Under the pieces are notes generated by a model. That model did not search any database. It saw nothing but the letters and a program-made list of their open reading frames with translations, and was not told where the DNA came from. Shown piece by piece: positions 59,415 through 64,000 of a stretch of 64,000 bases of DNA. A program made the translations under genes and the position numbers. Each line of letters opens with the position of its first letter. Within the stretch, counting starts at the first letter, position 1. The stretch is from Candidatus Latescibacterota bacterium (GTDB lineage Bacteria; Latescibacterota; UBA2968; GCA-2709665). The stretch spans positions 1,344,001-1,408,000 of the forward strand of contig OZ244937.1 of assembly GCA_965222075.1 (NCBI GenBank). Reading direction: 5' to 3'.

Positions 59415-61558
59415 TCGCCCTCCGGGGTGCTGCGCAGATTCAGGATGATCGGCTCGGGCTCGTCGGGTCCGGCCTCGGGGTGCGTTACGATGCAGTTGAG
59501 CAGGATCAGGTCCTCCAGGGACGCCCTTGCGAAGCGAGTAGAAGAAGAGGAGGTGGAAGGCAGGGTGTACGCGTCGGCCTGTGTGACGTCCACGCTGTAG
59601 CCTATGTCGGCCAGCGACTGGATCGTGATCGTGCTCAGCGGATGCGTAACAGCGTCGCCGATCCTGGACGTCATAAGTTCGCTTTGGAATACGGACTCCC
59701 GCCAGTGACTGTCCTGGCTGCCCGATCCCCCCCACGTGTTCTCCACCGGCACCTTCGCGCCCGTGTAGCTCGTCCCTCCCGCGGCATTGAATGCGGCAAT
59801 CGCGTTTGCACCCGAGAAATACGTATCGGGCGCGGGAACAATGGGGTCGCCGTTCACATCGAGGGAGGGGTTATGCAGCAGGTTGTGATCTTCCCACAGT
59901 CCAAGGCCGAATCCCAGGGTGTGACCCATCTCGTGCAGAATGAGGGCTGCCAGCTCGTTGTCCGTCAGTCTGTTCAGATCGTCCTGGTCCAGCTCCACAT
60001 ATGAAGCGATCGGCAATGAGGACGGAGTGCGCCAAACGAGCCGCCCCGCCTGTCCGAGGGTGCCACTTGGTCCATCGATCTCGAGGACTTCCACGTAGAT
60101 CACCAGGTCGTCGACGACCTCGGGGGCGGTGGTCCCCGGAAAAAGCCCGTTCAACAGACTGCGCCTGCGGTCCGACAAACGGTGGTTGGGGATGTCCTGG
60201 GTGATGATCCGTTCCCAACGTGCGGCGGCGGTTTCAAAGGCTGACCGAACCCTGCGGGAAGGTGTGTTGCCGGCGTAGACGAGCTCGATATTGAAGGCAG
60301 AGGCTCCGGGCACGGTCGCCTCCGCAGCCACGGAGCGCACGCCCACCAGGCTGCCGTCGCAGCCCGCCCCGAGGTATGCGTAATCCGCCTCGTAGGTGTT
60401 GCCGGGCACGAAGAAATCGGAGACCAGGGACTGCAGCGTTACCGTGATGGACTTGGGGGAATCCTCATCGTTGGTTACGGCAAAGCACCCTGTGGCCCAG
60501 CTCCCGATGGGCTCCTTCTGCCGGATTCTGATCTGGTAGGCATGGGTTTCGTTGGCCAGGAAGTCATCGGTGAATTCGAGGGTGAACAGGTTGCCGCTGG
60601 TGCTCAGTGTGGGAGCCGACAGGGATGGCGCCTGGACATTCACATCGAATGTCGTCGAGACGGTCGCGCCCCAGGGATCGCTCGCCGTTACGGTAATGAT
60701 CGCAGTGCCGGTGGCCAGCGGATCAACCAGGACCTCGGTACCGCTCACCTGCACTGACACGGCAGTCCTGTTGTTCGACGACGCCGTATACCGCAACCCG
60801 AAATCGTCGGGATCGTCGAATGCGTCATCCACGGACACGACCTCGACCGCGCCCCCCACCGGAAGCGACACATCGTCGATGGAACCATCGACGACCGGGG
60901 ACTGGTTGGGGATCGTCACCTCAGCCGAAGGAGACCACTCGCTCTCCCCTTCGTCGTTCTTCGCCCGCACCTGCACCTCGTAGGTCGTGTCCCGATTCAA
61001 GCCCGTGATCCCCACCTGCCAGTCCGGTTCCGTCCAGTCCGGTTCCGGATCCGGGGTGTAGCCGATGAAGTCGGCGCTGTTCTTGACGCGATACTGTATT
61101 TCCCAGGCGGTGATGTCCGGCCCGCTGTTCGCTGGCGGTCTCCGGCCCGGGCTCACCACGATCGTTCGGGAAAACGTGTAGGGGAGATCCAATATGGGCG
61201 CGGGCGGCTGGCCCGGGGGCTCGTCTACGTCATCTATGATAACGCTAATCGTCTGAGTCGCTGTCCGTTCCCGATCGCCCGTGCCGCTGGTCGCCGTGAC
61301 CTGGACGCCATAGACGTTATTGCTCGCGACCGGATGCTCATAGTCGGGGGCGGTCACGAAGGTTAATATACCCCCACTCGTGATCGCAAACTGCGCCTGG
61401 GTGCCGCCGGTAATCTCATAACCGGTGATATAGTCTCTGGCGTCGACATCCGTGGCGACCACCGTGCCGACCTCGGTTTCATTTTCTTTCACGTCGAAGG
61501 TGCCGGCACTGGTGAAGGTTGGCGACTGGTTGGTGCTGGTGGCTCCGATGATTGTCAC
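59411..61558 (-). CDS. Cadherin + FN3 + Ig-like + leishmanolysin-like (M8) zinc metalloprotease; probable C-terminal half of a split giant gene
   Basis: APDYE cadherin motif, YEVQVRAKN..G..WS FN3, HEMGHTLG, SHWRES, ELMT Met-turn. Confidence 0.8.
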   Translation of the reverse strand: MTIIGATSTNQSPTFTSAGTFDVKENETEVGTVVATDVDARDYITGYEITGGTQAQFAITSGGILTFVTAPDYEHPVASNNVYGVQVTATSGTGDRERTATQTISVIIDDVDEPPGQPPAPILDLPYTFSRTIVVSPGRRPPANSGPDITAWEIQYRVKNSADFIGYTPDPEPDWTEPDWQVGITGLNRDTTYEVQVRAKNDEGESEWSPSAEVTIPNQSPVVDGSIDDVSLPVGGAVEVVSVDDAFDDPDDFGLRYTASSNNRTAVSVQVSGTEVLVDPLATGTAIITVTASDPWGATVSTTFDVNVQAPSLSAPTLSTSGNLFTLEFTDDFLANETHAYQIRIRQKEPIGSWATGCFAVTNDEDSPKSITVTLQSLVSDFFVPGNTYEADYAYLGAGCDGSLVGVRSVAAEATVPGASAFNIELVYAGNTPSRRVRSAFETAAARWERIITQDIPNHRLSDRRRSLLNGLFPGTTAPEVVDDLVIYVEVLEIDGPSGTLGQAGRLVWRTPSSLPIASYVELDQDDLNRLTDNELAALILHEMGHTLGFGLGLWEDHNLLHNPSLDVNGDPIVPAPDTYFSGANAIAAFNAAGGTSYTGAKVPVENTWGGSGSQDSHWRESVFQSELMTSRIGDAVTHPLSTITIQSLADIGYSVDVTQADAYTLPSTSSSSTRFARASLEDLILLNCIVTHPEAGPDEPEPIILNLRSTPEGE

Positions 61559-64000
61559 GTCACAGCCTCGGCGGGCACATCCTGATAATCTCCGCCGCTG
61601 ACCATGTGGCTCAGCGTGACCATGTCGTTTGCCACTGCATCGGAATCGGCAGTCACCATCACCGTTTGCGACATGTCGTAGGTATCGGCCGCGAACATCC
61701 GTTCCGTCGGGTTCACCGAGACATCCGAACCTGTTGGCACACTCACCTTGACCGTCACGTCCATCGTCGGCTGCGAGTTCAGAGCCATTGTGTACGTGTT
61801 GCTGTCGCCCACGGCCACGGATAGCTCCGTCGGGTATATCTTCACTTCCGGCAGCCCGGCGATGACTTCCAGCGGCAAGTCCGCGGATGTGACGAACGCG
61901 TAGCCGCTGTCGGTCGGGGGCAGGTCCGGCAATGTTTCGATGTCTACGGTGACGGCAAGAGTCGTGCCGGGCGTGCGGGTTACCGTGAGGACATTGCTTT
62001 CCTGGCTACCCTGGGAGATTTCAATGCTGTTTGTGCCGCCGCCAACGGTGCCATTGACCACCTGGAGTGGGAGTACCATCTCAAAGGGCGCGCCGGTGTG
62101 CGCTTTGGCTTTTAATTGGCCCGACGCAACCAGCTCCAGTGAAACGGTTACGGGCAGGGGGTCAACCGTGTTGCGCTCCAGCTTGAGCGTTGTCAGCGCG
62201 GTGAGGCCGGAGAATATCCCATCGGGCAGGCTGCTGAGGCCGTTGTCGTTCAGATGGAGGGTTTCCAGGTTCGTCAGCCTGGAGAAGAGGCCCGCGTCCA
62301 GGCTGCTCAGTTCGTGACCGGATTTCTGTTCGTTGAGATAGAGCACTTGCAGCGCCGACAGCCCGGAAAAGACATTCTGCGGCAGGCTGCTCAGTTTGTT
62401 GTCGCTCAAGTCGAGGGCTTCCAGCGCCGACAGGTTGGAAAAAAGATTCGCATCCAGGCTGCTCAGTTCGTTGCCGTCCAGGTCGAGGGCTTCCAGGTTC
62501 GTCAGGTTGGAAAATAGACCCGCATCCAAACTGCTCAGTTCGTTGCCGTCCAGATCGAGGGCTTCCAGGTTCGTCAGGTTGGAAAATAGACCCGCATCCA
62601 AACTGCTCAGTTCGTTGCCGTGCAGGTCGAGAATCCTCAGCGCCGACAGGTTGGAAAAGACACTCGCATTCAGGCTGCTCAGTTTGTTGCCGTCCAGGTC
62701 GAGGGCTTCCAGCGCCGACAGGTTGGAAAAGACACTCGCACCCAGGCTGTCGAGTTCGTTGCCGTCCAGGTCGAGAATCCTCAGCGACGACAGCCCGGAA
62801 AAGACATTCGCATCCAGGCTGTCGAGTTCGTTGCCGTGCAGGTCGAGGGCTTGCAGCGACGACAGCCCGGAAAAGACATTCGTATTCAGGCTGTCGAGCT
62901 GATTGCCATCCAGTAAGAGAATCTCCAGGTTCGTCAGGTTGGAAAAAAGATTCGCGTCGAGGCCGTCGAGTTCGTTATCCCGAAGAGAAAGCGTTTCCAG
63001 CGCTGACAGGTTGGAGAAGATATTCTGCGGGAGGCTGCTGAGTTGGTTGTCTCTCAGATAGAGCGATTCCAGTACCGTCAGCCCTGAAAAGTCATTGGCC
63101 TTCAGCGTTGAGATGTTCTTTTCACTCAGCGAGAGTTGGGTGACCGCGGCCAGGTGTTCCGGCGTGACAGCGCCGCAGGTGCTGACAGGTGCTGCCTCTA
63201 CGATCGCATCGCGCACCTGCCGGGTGCGGTTGCAGACATTGAGGGACTGGTCCTGAGTCCGGTTTGTCACGGTCAATTTTGTGAGGGCGACCGCGGAGTT
63301 TTGCGCCAGGTCACGGATCGGGTTGGTCCCCGGCGTGTAGCTCAGTTTTACCGTCTGGCCCGGTGTTACGGCAGAGGCGAGGGTGAGTGACACCTCGCTG
63401 GTGGACATCGTAACCGCAGTGACGCTGTGAGCCGTGTCGTCCACGGCAACTGCGAAGTCGCCGGTCGCCGGCCTTGGATCGCCGTCGAGCACCTCGCCGT
63501 AGCTCAGCGCCAACTCGTCGCTCTTCACCTCCGCCTCGGTGAGCGCCGGCGCGATGCCATCGACCTTGTGCCCAGACCGATTGGTGCGCGCCGTGTGCGC
63601 CAGGTCCGCGTTTATGGCAGTATTGTTTTTACGAATGCGCCCGCCGTTGAGCTTGAGGCCGTTGGCGTTGATGGTGGCCCCGTCGGTGTCCTCTTCGGTG
63701 GCCTGCACCGTGTATTGGAACAGGAGCTGGGGTGTGGTCGAGCCGCTCTGGTAGTCGGCCTGGCGCACGGTGGAGCCGACCGTCAGATCGATCTGCGGCA
63801 TCCCGATCACCGCCACCGTATCGTTGAAGGTCGCGGTCACGTCCATCACGTCGTCCCGTTTGTAGGCGCTGTTCTGCCCCGAGGCCGGGCTGGAGGTAAA
63901 CGCGACGCTCGATACCGTCGGCGCGGTGAGGGTCGTCCCGTTGACCCGGTCGGACCACGGCCCCTTCCCTTCGGGGTTTTTGGCCTGCACCTGAACCTGG
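61555..64000 (-). CDS. Large LRR/FN3/SwmB-like repeat protein (5' outside window; N-terminal half of split gene)
   Basis: FN3 end QAKN..G.GPWS, CNRT..VRDAIV cap, about 13-14 24-aa LxxLxLxxNxLxxLxxxxFxxL repeats. Confidence 0.85.
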   Translation of the reverse strand, partial: QVQVQAKNPEGKGPWSDRVNGTTLTAPTVSSVAFTSSPASGQNSAYKRDDVMDVTATFNDTVAVIGMPQIDLTVGSTVRQADYQSGSTTPQLLFQYTVQATEEDTDGATINANGLKLNGGRIRKNNTAINADLAHTARTNRSGHKVDGIAPALTEAEVKSDELALSYGEVLDGDPRPATGDFAVAVDDTAHSVTAVTMSTSEVSLTLASAVTPGQTVKLSYTPGTNPIRDLAQNSAVALTKLTVTNRTQDQSLNVCNRTRQVRDAIVEAAPVSTCGAVTPEHLAAVTQLSLSEKNISTLKANDFSGLTVLESLYLRDNQLSSLPQNIFSNLSALETLSLRDNELDGLDANLFSNLTNLEILLLDGNQLDSLNTNVFSGLSSLQALDLHGNELDSLDANVFSGLSSLRILDLDGNELDSLGASVFSNLSALEALDLDGNKLSSLNASVFSNLSALRILDLHGNELSSLDAGLFSNLTNLEALDLDGNELSSLDAGLFSNLTNLEALDLDGNELSSLDANLFSNLSALEALDLSDNKLSSLPQNVFSGLSALQVLYLNEQKSGHELSSLDAGLFSRLTNLETLHLNDNGLSSLPDGIFSGLTALTTLKLERNTVDPLPVTVSLELVASGQLKAKAHTGAPFEMVLPLQVVNGTVGGGTNSIEISQGSQESNVLTVTRTPGTTLAVTVDIETLPDLPPTDSGYAFVTSADLPLEVIAGLPEVKIYPTELSVAVGDSNTYTMALNSQPTMDVTVKVSVPTGSDVSVNPTERMFAADTYDMSQTVMVTADSDAVANDMVTLSHMVSGGDYQDVPAEAVT
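62170..63140 (-). repeat. 72-bp LRR-coding tandem repeats
   Basis: 62461-62532 and 62533-62604 differ by one base; other units share sub-blocks. Confidence 0.85.

Overview
GC-rich bacterial window. Gene content (many Gfo/Idh/MocA oxidoreductases, a giant LRR/FN3/cadherin/metalloprotease protein) resembles host-associated uncultured lineages such as sponge symbionts; this is inference only. 1-5.5 kb is a sugar/polyol catabolic cluster. About 5.54-21.94 kb is an integrase-free defence island bounded by an exact 21-bp direct repeat. On the minus strand it reads: pentapeptide-repeat/FRG protein, type III mod, an HD-domain + HSP90-like GHKL ATPase gene sitting inside the RM locus, an IS1-like element with TIRs and 8-bp TSD, res, mrr, an internally deleted HipA-like kinase + HIRAN partner, several gene relics, and an ABC/AAA ATPase + DUF3226 (TOPRIM-like) pair. 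22-35 kb holds GT2 genes, an amidohydrolase-fold protein + Rieske pair, an ExeA-like ATPase divergent from an XRE-HTH + KAP-NTPase/FGE-domain pair, and a GcvT-SHMT fusion. 35-58 kb is core housekeeping (leuS, asnS, pnp, rpsO, ribF, truB, rbfA, infB, nusA, rimP, der, tRNA-Gly, miaA, mutL). The end of the window holds a frameshift-split giant LRR/leishmanolysin-like protein. The best candidate for an undescribed system is the accessorised type III RM locus (FRG-pentapeptide / Mod / HD-HSP90 / Res / Mrr). All calls are from motif reading; no database searches were run.
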